Source of the DNA: Botryllus schlosseri
Lineage: Eukaryota
Assembly (NCBI GenBank): GCA_051294905.1
Contig: CM119371.1
Coordinates: 3,348,001-3,412,000, forward strand
DNA length: 64,000 nucleotides
Direction: 5' to 3'
Both the position numbers and the translations under genes were made by a program. A model generated the notes under the pieces. It saw only the letters and a list, made by a program, of their open reading frames with translations. It ran no database searches and had not been told where the DNA came from. Positions 50,701-60,798 of this stretch are shown piece after piece (the stretch's first letter is position 1; every line of letters begins with the position of its first letter).

Positions 50701-53700
50701 GCAATAATAAAAAGGATCGCTAACAGCTGTACCGGTACTCCGGTAGTCATAACAAAGTGACAAGAGAAAATCAAATCATACAAAACACAGACAATTAGCG
50801 GTATTTTATTTAATATTTTAGGCCTACTCTTTGTGCTTGTTATTGTGCCGTTAACTCTTTGATGGGGGCACACGGGGGATCTTTGAGGTGATGGATTCTG
50901 CTGTGGTGAATGTGGTTCTGAGAGCAATATTCAAGTTCAGTACCGCCAGTAACATTTGAGGTATCTCTGCGTTTCTCTGAGAGCTATTAAGGTGATTAAC
51001 ATTTTTAAAAAGTGGTATTCTGCGACTCACGCAGCAGCCTGATTCTAAAATCGGAATATGACGAACCCGGATCAGTACGGGGCTCGTTCACTTTCGGACC
51101 AAAAACCCTTTTTTCTCCGTAACGCTGTACTGAGTTTGGTCCGAAAGTGAACGAGCCCCGTAGGTGCGTGAATTACATGTTCCGGAATCATCATCCGTAA
51201 GTGGAAGAAAACATTATAAATTTTGACATTTTTCGAAGCAGTGCTGCACTGCAGATTGGAACTCATTACGAAACGGCGGGCCGTATTCTTGTGGTAACTA
51301 ATTATTTCGTCGCGGGCCGGACGATTTCGCTTGGCGGGCCGGATCCGGCCCGCGGGCCGTAGGTTGCCGACCCTTGCTGTAGAGGATAGGCTTCAAAATT
51401 AGATAAATTCCAGAATAACACATAATATAGTTTTCCTACGAAATGAATCATTTGAAAAAGTATGACTAACTGGCATTCGATTTTCCAGACACCTTGCAAT
51501 GATGCTCAAAAGCTCGTCGTCGATACTGCAGCAGCTTAAATTCAAAGAACGAAGGCTTTGATTTCTTGCTGCGAGCGATCCAACGATATGAGCTTCATCG
51601 CTACTCAATGAGATGTAAGATGCGTTGATGACGGAAAGATCTTTCATAAGATTGTCGTCGCCCGATTCGTAGATTGCTGTATATAGTTCCATGCGAACGT
51701 ATCTGCCTTCGAATTCAGTCTTATCAGGAACTTGGGAAAGGATCGATTGAGATAAAGCTTGTTGCTTCTGTGTTTGATCCGAGACTGTCAAGCAATACAC
51801 AATGTCGTTCTCCGGAATTCGTTATGTTTCTTGTCTAATGGTTACGTAACAATTGAATAATTCACGCGACTGTGAAGAGGCCGGGTTCAGATGGAGTCAT
51901 TGAGCTCTGATGTCTAGTTCACAATAACAAGAGCATTTCATGCGCATCAATATCGCATGTTCAACTAAGATCGGCTCCAGAATTCATACCTAAGTGTTGG
52001 AGGTTTATTTTGGCTCACCCTCCAGAAGCTGTATATTTCAAAAAGCTTAGAAGTGGGCCGTGCTACAAGTCGGCGGACGCAAAATCAACAATGCAAAAAA
52101 ATCGGCCTTGGGTAAATGACACCTTTAGTCGACAGACACCATAAATACCCGAAACAAACAAACAAACAAACAAACAAACAATGTCACATAGTGACCATCA
52201 ATGGGCCCTGATAGCGCTCACGTTCAATAATCTGCAAACTTATGCCGATTTTAGATATATAAGTTTTATTTAGCCGACTGAATGTAAAGACTTATTTACC
52301 ATCCTTGTATGAATTTAAGATCTTTTGACTATTTCAGCCCTTCGATTGTGACAATACCACCAAAGTCATGATAAACCATAAGCGACCCATAATAATCAAT
52401 CGGTCCTGCGGCAGAATAGCTGCAGAAAACCTTGATTACTCACCGCTGTGAAGATCGTTATTAGATTTCATGTAAACGATGCCTGTAACGAATCTTCGAA
52501 CCACGGACCATCGTTTCTCATGTAGGTGTTGGCCATTAAAGCGAGAGAACATTTCGAGCTTCATTTCCGAGATAAAACTAGCCGCCAGAAATTCTTGCAT
52601 GCTTTGATGACAGAAGAAGAATGTAAAGTCGCCTTCCATCAAGTGACGGCTGAGGATGTTGTTGCCAGGCACTTTCGTCATCAAATCCTGTACTTCGTCC
52701 GCGGAAACTCCAAACCGATCTAAATCTGGCTTGTAGAATACGACTCGTCCGTCTTTCATGCCTTCAAACGCCATTGCCTTCAATTTGTTGATAATCGACA
52801 GGATTTCCTTACGGTTTCGGATATTTTCCACACTCTGTAAGACTAACATGATCCTGCTGTACAGTTCTGTCACGGTAGACGGAGGACGTCTATCAGGATC
52901 AATTCCCATCACCACTGCTATCAAAATCAGGAAAACCGGGACCGATAAAAGTTGTAATAATCGCGGTGACATGATTTCAATCTTTTTCCAGAGACGCTGC
53001 CCGTTCTCACAGAGCAGAAAAGTAAACAGTTTATAAGCGTCTTGCAGTGTTAGACCACTAAGTGTGATGATATGTTGCGGACGTGCCTCCGCCGGTAACT
53101 CGGAGACTTTGAACTCACGTGACGCCACTATGATTTTGACATGGTGAAGGATTCTGCGTGATAGGATGTTGTACATGATGGTCGACGTACTCGCTTTTTC
53201 AAACGACCTTATATTTCGTATGGTAGACTCCTCAAATTCCCACTTTACTTGATCAAGCCCGTCAAATATTATAATTGCTTCGGATTGATTCTCGAGCAGC
53301 CATTTGAAAGCTTCATCCTCTTCGTACTCAGTTTCAAACAGACCGTTGAATAGAAATTTCGATGCTTTCACACAGTTCTCTTCCTTCATGTTCTTCAATT
53401 CGACGTAATGTATCATTTTTCGCTTCGGTTCGGAAAAGATTCCGAGAGCCCATCGGGCAACTTTACGGAATATATTGGATTTCCTGAACGGAACCTCCTC
53501 ATCCTTTTCCTTTGCAGAGGGAATTCCGAGCGCTTTTAGAGCAATTCTACGCACGAGAGTAGTTTTTCCTGAACCTGCAGAGGCGACGATAGCAGTATAA
53601 CCAGCCTTATCATATTGAGGTAACTTATCAGACTTCGAGATCCATTCCATTATCTCTTTCATTGCTATCGGTTTACCGTCATTTTCGGATTGACGGTAAA

Positions 53701-56700
53701 ACCCGACTTCCTCTATCAACTGACTTTGGAAAGCTTTCCTTCCAGATTCACGAACTGATTCGCCATTTGAAGATTTTTTTTCGCGAAGACGGCCTTTGTA
53801 GTAGTCATCAGCATTAAACTTTTTCATCTGCGGGAAAACCTCGAAGTCAGGTTCGTGAAGAAATTCATTCTTGAAGTCTTCGCGAATGCCATTTGCCGTT
53901 TTTTGTAGAGTATGGTCGTTTATAACCTTTATCAATTTCCGGTAATCTATGCCTGCAGAATAAAAAATTATTGTAACTTTTATCAAGTATTGCGCAAAAT
54001 TTAAAGGAGTAATTTAAAAAAACATGCTAAAAAACTATTTCTGGTATGGTTCTCTCTCAGTTCGGTTTGGTAGCAATTCTTATCAGTACAATGCACCACA
54101 AAATTGCGATACAATCAAAAGATAGGAAGGTGTCGAAACCACATGGAGTAACCTTTGGAATCAGACACCCACCTTGGCCTAGGTCAGGGGTAGCCAACGT
54201 TTTCGGCTGAAGGCACACATAAGATTTATGAAGCATTGCGGGGGCCACTTGCATGTTAATGTCTTTTTAGTCGCATGATAAGAGCGAACCGGATTAGGTA
54301 AAGATAAAAAGGAATTATATTACTATAAACAACAAAATCGATAACACTTATGTCAGAACACTCTCTGTACATGTCGTAGCCGCGCGATGCGCGAATTTTC
54401 TCAAAAGTAATGAAAGATAGGTCAATAAAATAATGTTATACAATTGTATATTAAAGTTCTGTACCTCCAAGAAGCTCTTCAAAATAATGTTAGTTGCATA
54501 TATTTTGGTGGGTCGTTCCTGTATACTGCTGGGCTGATTTGGCCAGGACATGATTAATCGGCGCTTGGACATATCAATATCGAAGGTTTCAGTGAACGTG
54601 CGTCTATCACTTTGTGCAAAGTTTCATCGCCGACGATCTTTCCGTGAGCGCAGACACCAAGTCGCATGTCGGACCACACATTCTCGCATAATTGCGGATA
54701 TAGTTACACTCAATTCCGTTAATTAGGCCAATTTTTGATATCCATGAGAAGGCAGCAATACTAAAAGAAATAAATCGCACGCAGTGCTGTAAAATATTAA
54801 GTCAAATAAATGTGATAAATCTGAAATATTCTAGTTTATGATCATATACGAAGATCTACGAAAATGTGGATGACCCCTGGCTACGCCAATACGTCGGAAC
54901 TGATATTTTAGTCATGAACGTCCCAAGGTCCGCGGCCAGGCTAATCACATTTTCGGTTGCTTTTGCAAGTTCACAATAAATTACCTGGCTAATTTATTTT
55001 TTGATATTATAAGTAATTTCAAGAATTGCCTTGCGGGTCACTCAAAACCTTCTCACGGGTTGGCCGGCCCTGGCCTAGCGATGTAAAGAGGAGGCATGTA
55101 AACTGAATGAGAAATAAAAGTAGTAAAGAAAAAAAAAGCGAAAAAATGGAATGACATTTCACTGAAAACAAGATCGATAGATAGTCAGTAACAATATCGG
55201 CACTTCTTCGGTATTCTCCACTCACCGACCAGTGTTCCCCAATGACACCAACAAATGTTTCCCATGAACACGAACAAAAATTTATAAACGTCAAAATAAA
55301 TTGTTGTTTTTGTGTCTTTGTAGAGACGGATATTTGGGTGGGGGTGGGGGTATTAGGGTTGGGGAAAGGGGGATTGGATGCGGGTTAGGGCCAAGGTTGG
55401 GGTAGGGCAGTGGTTCCCAATCTTTTTCGACTCATCGCCCCCTTTTCAAACTCCACACCGATCATCGCCCCCCAAATATTGGGAACCGAAAAATGGGCAT
55501 ACAGACTGACCGGCGAGTTAACAAAGAAAAAGGTCAACTTTTCGGCTCGACCTCGAAATTTTTTGATGAGTTCACAAACAAAAAAGGTGATTTCATCGAC
55601 TTATTCCCAAAGGACCGAAACAGCACTTCGTCAGCCCCCCGTCCCAATACGTTGGTCTTGACCCCTCTCCATAGGGCAACAAAGCAAACTTCTTCACCCC
55701 TCAGACCCAACTCCCCCGATACCTCTTTACCGCTACTTCTCAGCACAAATTGTTGGAGTCTTAAGTTAGTGGGATTAATTCGTGCGAAGCGCGGAAAATT
55801 TCGATCATTCATGATTGAATCGGTCAATATGATCGGGAATTGCATATATATTACTGTCAATTATTTATCCTATCTTTGCTCATGTATTCATATTTACCGG
55901 TAAAGCTGAGTGAGGCGTCTTGGAAAATGTTGGGCCTGTTAATGATAATTGAACATATTCGGGCGGACCCGTAGGTATGACTTCGTTACGTAATGACATT
56001 TCGTGGCCGGTACGCTATGTCAAAAGGTATTCAAATCGCCCATACGTACTAAACTAAAAGACGCACACGATTTCAAATTGTTATTTTTGCGCTGGCAATT
56101 AATTTTTCTCTGCGAGATGGCATTTTTATGGGGTTCTGATTGCCAGAACAGGAACATTTGGCGCCAGCCATTTAGGCGCCTATGGACAATTAAATATATA
56201 TGTATATCGTATATATTTCGAAGTCGGTCAGCATAAGAAAGGCAGTCCTTTTCCGCCAAGGTTTTTTGTTCTGGCACACTTCTCGGAGTTGCATGTTACA
56301 TGGCCTGAAACTTGTCTTTGTGCGTCATGGTGTGACAATGGCTGGCGCAAAGATGCTCATTTCTATACCTCATGCGTAATATTTCTTGGAGGAAGGGTAT
56401 CCAATAAGCAAGAAATATGTGACCATGAAATGGCGCGCAGCGCGAAATTTTTTTGAAAAAGTTGCCTAAATTTCCCAAATTATACTCTATAATTATTGTT
56501 AATTCACGAAAAAATTGTGGGCCCCCTTCGAGCACGGGCCCCCCATCCCAATTAGGGGTTCGGGTGTGGCAGTTACAGTCATGGACGCCAATATAGCCAT
56601 TTGAACGTGCCATCGCCCACTATCGCCCCTTGGTCCGTTTTCGCCCCCGTATCGCCCCCTTGGCTATTTTCGCCCCCCTGGTTGGGAACCACTGGGGTAG

Positions 56701-59700
56701 GGTATCCCAAGATTAGGGTTAGGAGAAGGGGGATATTAGGGTTGTGGAAAGGGGGATGGATGCGGGTTAGGGCCAAGGTTGGGGTAGAGTATCCCAAAAT
56801 TAGGGTTGGGGATATTAGGGTTAGGGTGAAGGGGGATATTTGGGTTGGGGGAAAGGGGGATTGGATGCGGGTTAGGGCCAAGGTTGGGGAAGAGTATCCC
56901 AAGATTAGGGTTGGGGGATGTTAGGGTTAGGGTAAGGGGGGTATTAGGGTTGGGGGAGGAGGGATATTAGGGTTAGTAGAGGTGGAATATTAGGGTTAGG
57001 GGAGGTGGGATATTAGGGTTAGGGTTATGATTAGGGTTAGGTTAGGGAAGGTGGAATATTGGGGTTGAGGGTGATGTTAGGGGAGGCGGGATATAGGGTT
57101 GGAGAGAGGGGTGATATTAGGGTTGGAGAAGAGGGTTAGGGACATGATATCCAACCCTAACATCCCCCTCTTCCCCAACCCTAATATCACCCCCTCTCCC
57201 TAACATTACCCCTCCCCTAACCCATCCCGCCTCCCCTAACATCACCCTCTCCCTCAACCCTAATATCCCACCTCTCCTAACCCTAATCATAACCTAACCC
57301 TAATCCTAACCCTAACATCCCCCTCTCCCCCAACCCTAATATCTCCCCTCTCCTAAACCCTAAGCTAACCCTAACCCTAATATCCCACCTCCCCTAACCC
57401 TAAGCTAGCCCTAACCGTCCTAACCTTAACATCCCCCTCTCCCTCAACCCTAATATCTCCCCTCCCACAACCCAAATATCCCCGTTCCCCTAACCCCAAC
57501 TTTGACCCCAATCCACCTCCAATCCCCCCTTCCCCAACCCTAATATACCCTCATTACACCCCGAATCTTGGGATACCCTAGCCCACCTCCAATCTCCCTT
57601 TCCCGCAACCCAGTAGTACAAAGACACAAAAAAAAACAATTTATTTTGAAGTTTATAAATTTTGTTCGTGTTCATGGGAAACATTTGTTGGTGTCATTGG
57701 GGAACACTGGTCGTTGAGTGGAGAATACCGAAGAAGTACCACAATATCAGTATCAGTTCTGCTCGATTCGCTCAACAAAGAGCTATGTGATGGATTGACT
57801 GCATCCTAATGATATCTATGGCACAATGGCTTGCAAGCAAGAAGTTCAAAAACCACATCCAAAGACGACAGTGCCTGATCTCTCTCTATATATATAATAT
57901 ATCGCTTGATTTATTCATTTTCGCTTCAATCTGACGTCCTCCACTTCGGACGCTCAAGCGAGACCGCTGACAATGACACTATCATTGGACATTGGGTTAC
58001 CTTTTCAGGCTATTGATTTTGTTAAAGTCAGGAACTCTGCGTTTTGCTGCAATGCCTTTTGCGGATCTAGGGGGTTTCAGGTGCGTGGTACTTGACTTGT
58101 TTTATAGACATGCATGGATTTTCGCGGAAAATTACTTTCGCGTGTTGCGTTACTTTCTTGCTGCGTACCGGCAAAACATGTAAGTTTCAGCGGTCTCGCC
58201 AGGCCGTTCGTGAAATAAGAAAGTATCATATTTGACAGCTCTGCGCGCATGAGGAGACAGCGAAATGCTGTCATGTAGTGTCAAACCCAAAGAACATGAA
58301 ATGGTATTCATGATTGATTGAATAAGGAAGAAAGAAGCTAAAAAAACAGACACCCTGCAAATCTTAAACTTTTCGAGTATCTAATACCCTAATATATCAA
58401 AAAATTATAAATGAAAATCTTTACTGCAACTTTCCAAATGCAATAAAAGCTTTCCATAGTAATATTTACACTTTCATATGTAGAGAGCAGGGTTCTCAAA
58501 GGCTTTGCCATGGCCCACTGGTGGGCCACATTAGTAATGTAAGGTACAGTGATTTTTATCGACAGCTATTACTTGATGTCTTGAAATTAACAAAAATTTA
58601 TAAACGTCAAAATAAATTGTTGTTTTTGTGTCTTTGTAGAGACGGATATTTGGGTGGGGGTGGGGGTATTAGGGTTGGGGAAAGGGGGATTGGATGCGGG
58701 TTAGGGCCAAGGTTGGGGTAGGGACTCATGAATTTTGCTCCCAGTCAATCGGTATTACTGATACGCCGGGTCAAGTCATGTCAAGTCATTTTAGCAACGT
58801 GACTCGAGTCAAATCAAATCATACGAAAAAAGGTGACTAGAGTCTGACTTGAGTCAAGTTATGACTCGAGTACTCCCAACACTGGAAATATGCATTTTGG
58901 CAGCGGCTATTTCCACTCATTGAACAGGGCTATGACTCTAGGTAGGATAAGAGGTGGGCCATGGAACATTTTGAAACCCGAAAATGGGCCACGGTCAAAA
59001 GAAGGCCGAGAATCCCCAATATAGAGGTTACCAGGGCTGAAACAACAGGGATGACAAAAATATAGATTACTCGGCAGTAAAGTGTAAAGAAATCCTGCAA
59101 ATGGTATTATTTTTAATTAGGACAGTGTCATCAAACCTAATCTTGTTGCGCCTACAACAGTATGACGGCCATCTTCAACGGGCCAGAGATCAGGTGTTGC
59201 TCAATGTAACCTAAGACAATTACAAGGTTTCTTCCATATTTAATCCTGGTAACACATCCGGACTATTGCGCAAAATTCTCTTATAGCTATCTTCTCACCC
59301 ACCACTATACTCCAATGAATCTTTGCTGTATACTGACTGCTATAACAAATATCTACCTACCCCTGTAGTAGATCAGTCTTCCTTACCGCGACATGATTCC
59401 TGCTGCATGATTTGGTAAGAATACTAAGCGACTGTCCGCCGTGTAGTTATCGTTGTTGTTGCCGACATGGTCGAGTTTCATATTGTGACGTTCCGCCATG
59501 ACAGCTGGCTTAACCTAAGGTTACGAAAGGGTAGTAGGACCAAAGTGTACACTCTGATAGGACGACAAGGACGTTCATTCATTGCGTAACAATTGGTCTG
59601 TAGATCAGTGAAAGCATTGAAGGGGGCGCGAAGAAGCGGTCAAGTAAAAAAAAAATAGCGCTTGGCGTGCTCATGCGTGATTCTCTATATACAGACCGAA

Positions 59701-60798
59701 TTTCATATTTTTAATTTTTTCATCAACACTCATAACCTTCCATGCCATCAAACAATCTGTTAAGGTTGCTAGCATCCCGGTTGGATTTTGTGATATGACT
59801 ATAAGGGGGGCGCGAAATTCTTCACTATCAAAGAGGGGGGCGTGTCTAAAAAAAGGTTGATCGAGAACCACTGCTTTAGAGGATTGGCAATCCGAGACTG
59901 GATAAACTATCCCATGTACAAAGTAGCATTTGCAGGGGTTTTCTCTTCGCGATTTCCGCTGATAGCCACAATTTATGTACTTTTGAGACAATCTATTGAT
60001 GAAGATTGTTGGGAATACGGATGGTGTCCAGTATAGCTTCACTTATTAATACATGCATTGAAGATGAAGAGTAATAGAAGATCAAGGTGAGGATCTTCGC
60101 GCATGAAAAACTGTCTCAGATTTCTACATGTCGTATAATCACTGATGGCGTGTTGAATTGGAGATATTCACGCCCGTCGCCCATGGTCAGATCAGTAGAG
60201 GGACAAAAGTTCAATCTAATCATACTTTATAACTATGATTGCGCACCGTATGGAGCCTTATGGCGAAAACAGGATTACGTGATCTCGAAACAGCGGTAAA
60301 TTATGACTTCTTTAGGGTTACGAAGTCCCATGCCGAAGTGCCCATTTAGAAATGTCTCCTACTAAACTGTCGCTTGTAATTATACGACATGTTGAAGTGT
60401 CGGGCAATCTGCACCTGAATGAAAATCAGTTACATACTCCCATTGTTCATGTGAAATACGCAGGTGGGTTGTGGATATAATTGCGCCTAATTTATGCATC
60501 AACATACTGATACGACAGAAGCCATAACCTCATGACTTCTAGGCCTGAAGAAAATTTCTTAACTTATTTTGCAATTCATTGAAAAGGTGCTTTCAGCAGA
60601 CCATTCTCCTAAATATGCACACCGTATTGAATTAAAGAGCAATATACTCACTTTTATTCCCGGAAGGTGTTTCTCCTTCAACAATTTTAATACTGTAGAC
60701 GATCTTGTTTGCATTGATTTGATCTCTGGCCACGACGTTAACAGAGCTCTTTGTGAACTTCAGATTGACATTTTCTCCTTCGGCCAAAGTTGCGGATC
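26477..60798 (-). CDS. Multi-exon NACHT-LRR (NLR-like) gene; exons 60798-60652, 53952-52444, 51834-51471, 46641-46537, 44044-43949, 43441-43286, 28528-28445, 28310-28143, 26704-26477; start exon not found; probable 1-bp frameshift
   Basis: All listed exons have AG/GT boundaries, open frames and compatible phases (1-1, 1-1, 1-0, then 0-0), except the 51.8-kb exon, which is one base short; NACHT motifs in the large exon; LRR-like modules downstream. Joining all exons into one gene is inference. Confidence 0.65.
26805..27950. mobile_element. Buster-type hAT MITE with nested insert
   Basis: CAGGGGTGTCAAAC / GTTCGACACCCCTG; TSD CTTTAGAT / CTTTATAT; ends match 591-945. Confidence 0.85.
27039..27366. 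mobile_element. Nested TAG(G/T)GTTGCC MITE
   Basis: TAGTGTTGCCATACGTCC / TACGGCAACCCTA; TSD ATTGACAC / ATCGACAA (2 mismatches). Confidence 0.65.
28143..28310 (-). CDS. NLR LRR-region exon (FILLDIAVNG...DKLKKTLEACQQKK)
   Basis: Acceptor CATTTTAG, donor AAG|GTAGTA, 168 nt, open, phase 0-0. Confidence 0.6.
28445..28528 (-). CDS. NLR LRR-region exon (ISKILLDCTEEEGSIDWSLIETCWKKYQ)
   Basis: Acceptor TGTTTAG, donor CAA|GTATGA, 84 nt (28 codons, LRR-unit length), phase 0-0. Confidence 0.6.
31277..32569 (+). pseudogene. LINE ORF1 (gag-like nucleic-acid-binding protein), one in-frame stop at 31574-31576
   Basis: CYNCSRFGHKAKHC, CTKCGNNHEYKSC, CVNCGQPHSAGYAGC; ORFs 31277 and 31595 share a frame. Confidence 0.9.
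32566..34996 (+). pseudogene. LINE ORF2 5' part: APE endonuclease and reverse transcriptase (frameshift near 32820)
   Basis: ILQWNCRS, LKETHL, GDFNAHH, GSDHY; APGPD, YRPIALTS, FLDIEKAYD, GIPQGSVLSP, FADD, YKYLGV. Confidence 0.95.
35497..37362 (+). pseudogene. ISL2EU accessory protein: SWIM zinc finger plus YqaJ (lambda exonuclease-like) domain; exons 35497-35527, 35738-35905, 36035-37362; in-frame TAG at 36676-36678
   Basis: GYCSCAAGLGGYCNHV; RITASKFG, WLGCTPD, LLEIK, YYYQVQCQL; phase-1 introns consistent. Confidence 0.85.
37498..39288 (-). CDS. THAP-domain DDE (DDE_Tnp_4-type) transposase; exons 39288-39085, 39018-38855, 38683-37498
   Basis: THAP: CCVPQC...FHRFP...W...RVCSAHF...VPSIF; catalytic IIDCTE, MADKGF, RIHVERAIRRIK; spliced frame appears open. 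Confidence 0.9.
40657..41943 (+). pseudogene. LINE ORF2 3' part: RNase H and C-terminal CCHC
   Basis: IYTDGSK, AELIAI, FSDSKSAL, WIPGH...NERSDQLA; CDTC-x-ETLEHFVISC. Confidence 0.93.
43286..43441 (-). CDS. NLR LRR-region exon (DSNLSFNRVY...LQKLSECRLNK)
   Basis: Strong acceptor TTTTTATTTTGTAG, donor AAG|GTATTA, 156 nt, phase 0-0; read-through would stop at 43253. Confidence 0.6.
43949..44044 (-). CDS. NLR LRR-region exon (VVKLTVDGWNFELKNKEDVIEISGRWIEGHMK)
   Basis: Acceptor ATATTCAG, donor AAG|GTTGGA, 96 nt, phase 0-0. Confidence 0.55.
44544..45046. mobile_element. hAT MITE (TAGGGCTG family)
   Basis: TAGGGCTGGGCA / CTCAGCGCTA; perfect TSD GTTATAAT; colinear with 25816-26321. Confidence 0.9.
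45553..46392. mobile_element. Foldback-like element with long imperfect inverted arms of tandem subrepeats
   Basis: TAGGACTGTTAAAAAA / TTTTTTGAACAGCCCTG; arms carry the CCAAATTTGG...TTCCAACC core in opposite orientations; TSD AAGCAGAG / ATGCAGAG. Confidence 0.7.
46537..46641 (-). CDS. NLR LRR exon (VKEVDLRRNNFSATALRSLLGHRRIESLSGKLDWE)
   Basis: LxxLxLxxNxF pattern; acceptor TTCCAG, donor GAA|GTGAGA, 105 nt, phase 0-0. Confidence 0.7.
48025..48534. mobile_element. GACTC-rich hAT MITE
   Basis: CAGGGTTCC / ACAGCCCTG ends; TSD ATTGTGGT / ATCGTAGT; inserted in an (AATTGT)n-rich older repeat. Confidence 0.65.
49473..51376 (-). mobile_element. Decayed Buster/Charlie-type hAT transposon with transposase remnants
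   Basis: CAGGGGTCGGCAACC / GGTTGCCGACCCTTG; perfect TSD CTGTAGAG; remnants LARVYELRNEIATFL and TFGSTCACEQ. Confidence 0.88.
51471..51834 (-). CDS. NLR post-NACHT exon (HD2/first LRR), apparently frameshifted near 51800
   Basis: ELYTAIYES, LRSLNLSCCSIDDELLSIIARCL; exon is 364 nt whereas 365 is needed for phase 1-to-0. Confidence 0.7.
52152..52181. repeat. (AAAC)n microsatellite
   Basis: About 7 tandem units. Confidence 0.9.
52444..53952 (-). CDS. NACHT NTPase exon of the NLR-like gene
   Basis: Walker A ASAGSGKTT, Walker B IIIFDGLD, sensor-1 IIVASR, SVPVF, FCHQSMQEFLAA; acceptor TTTTTTATTCTGCAG, donor G|GTGAGT; 1509 nt open. Confidence 0.93.
55199..57740. mobile_element. Foldback element with long TIRs and degenerate TTAGGG/CCCTAA arms
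   Basis: GGCACTTCTTCGGTATTCTCCACTC / GAGTGGAGAATACCGAAGAAGTACC; perfect TSD ACAATATC at 55191-55198 and 57741-57748; G-rich to C-rich switch at about 57140-57150. Confidence 0.85.
55408..56694. mobile_element. Composite Buster-type hAT MITE inserted in the telomere-like arm
   Basis: CAGTGGTTCCCAA / TTGGGAACCACTG; perfect TSD GGGTAGGG; carries about 55750-56340, which also occurs inverted at about 62460-63340. Confidence 0.9.
58488..59018. mobile_element. Degenerate composite hAT MITE containing a 135-bp copy of 55273-55407 and a CAGTGTTGGG-family end (to 58884)
   Basis: CAGGGTTCTC start, GAGAATCCCC end, GGGCC subrepeats; TSD not clean. Confidence 0.55.
60652..60798 (-). CDS. Putative N-terminal-region exon of the NLR (GSATLAEGENVNLKFTKSSVNVVARDQINANKIVYSIKIVEGETPSGNK)
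   Basis: Very strong acceptor (T)n-CTTAG and donor A|GTGAGT; 147 nt open; phase 1-1 joins the NACHT exon in frame. Confidence 0.65.

Noticed and set aside
56579-56924. Pro- and Gly-rich ORFs on both strands
   Set aside because: Low-complexity translation of the TTAGGG-like repeats.
56695-57610. Ancient telomere-telomere chromosome fusion site
   Set aside because: The G-rich/C-rich inversion lies inside unique TIRs with a perfect 8-bp TSD and has another dispersed arm copy, so it is better explained as a mobile foldback element.
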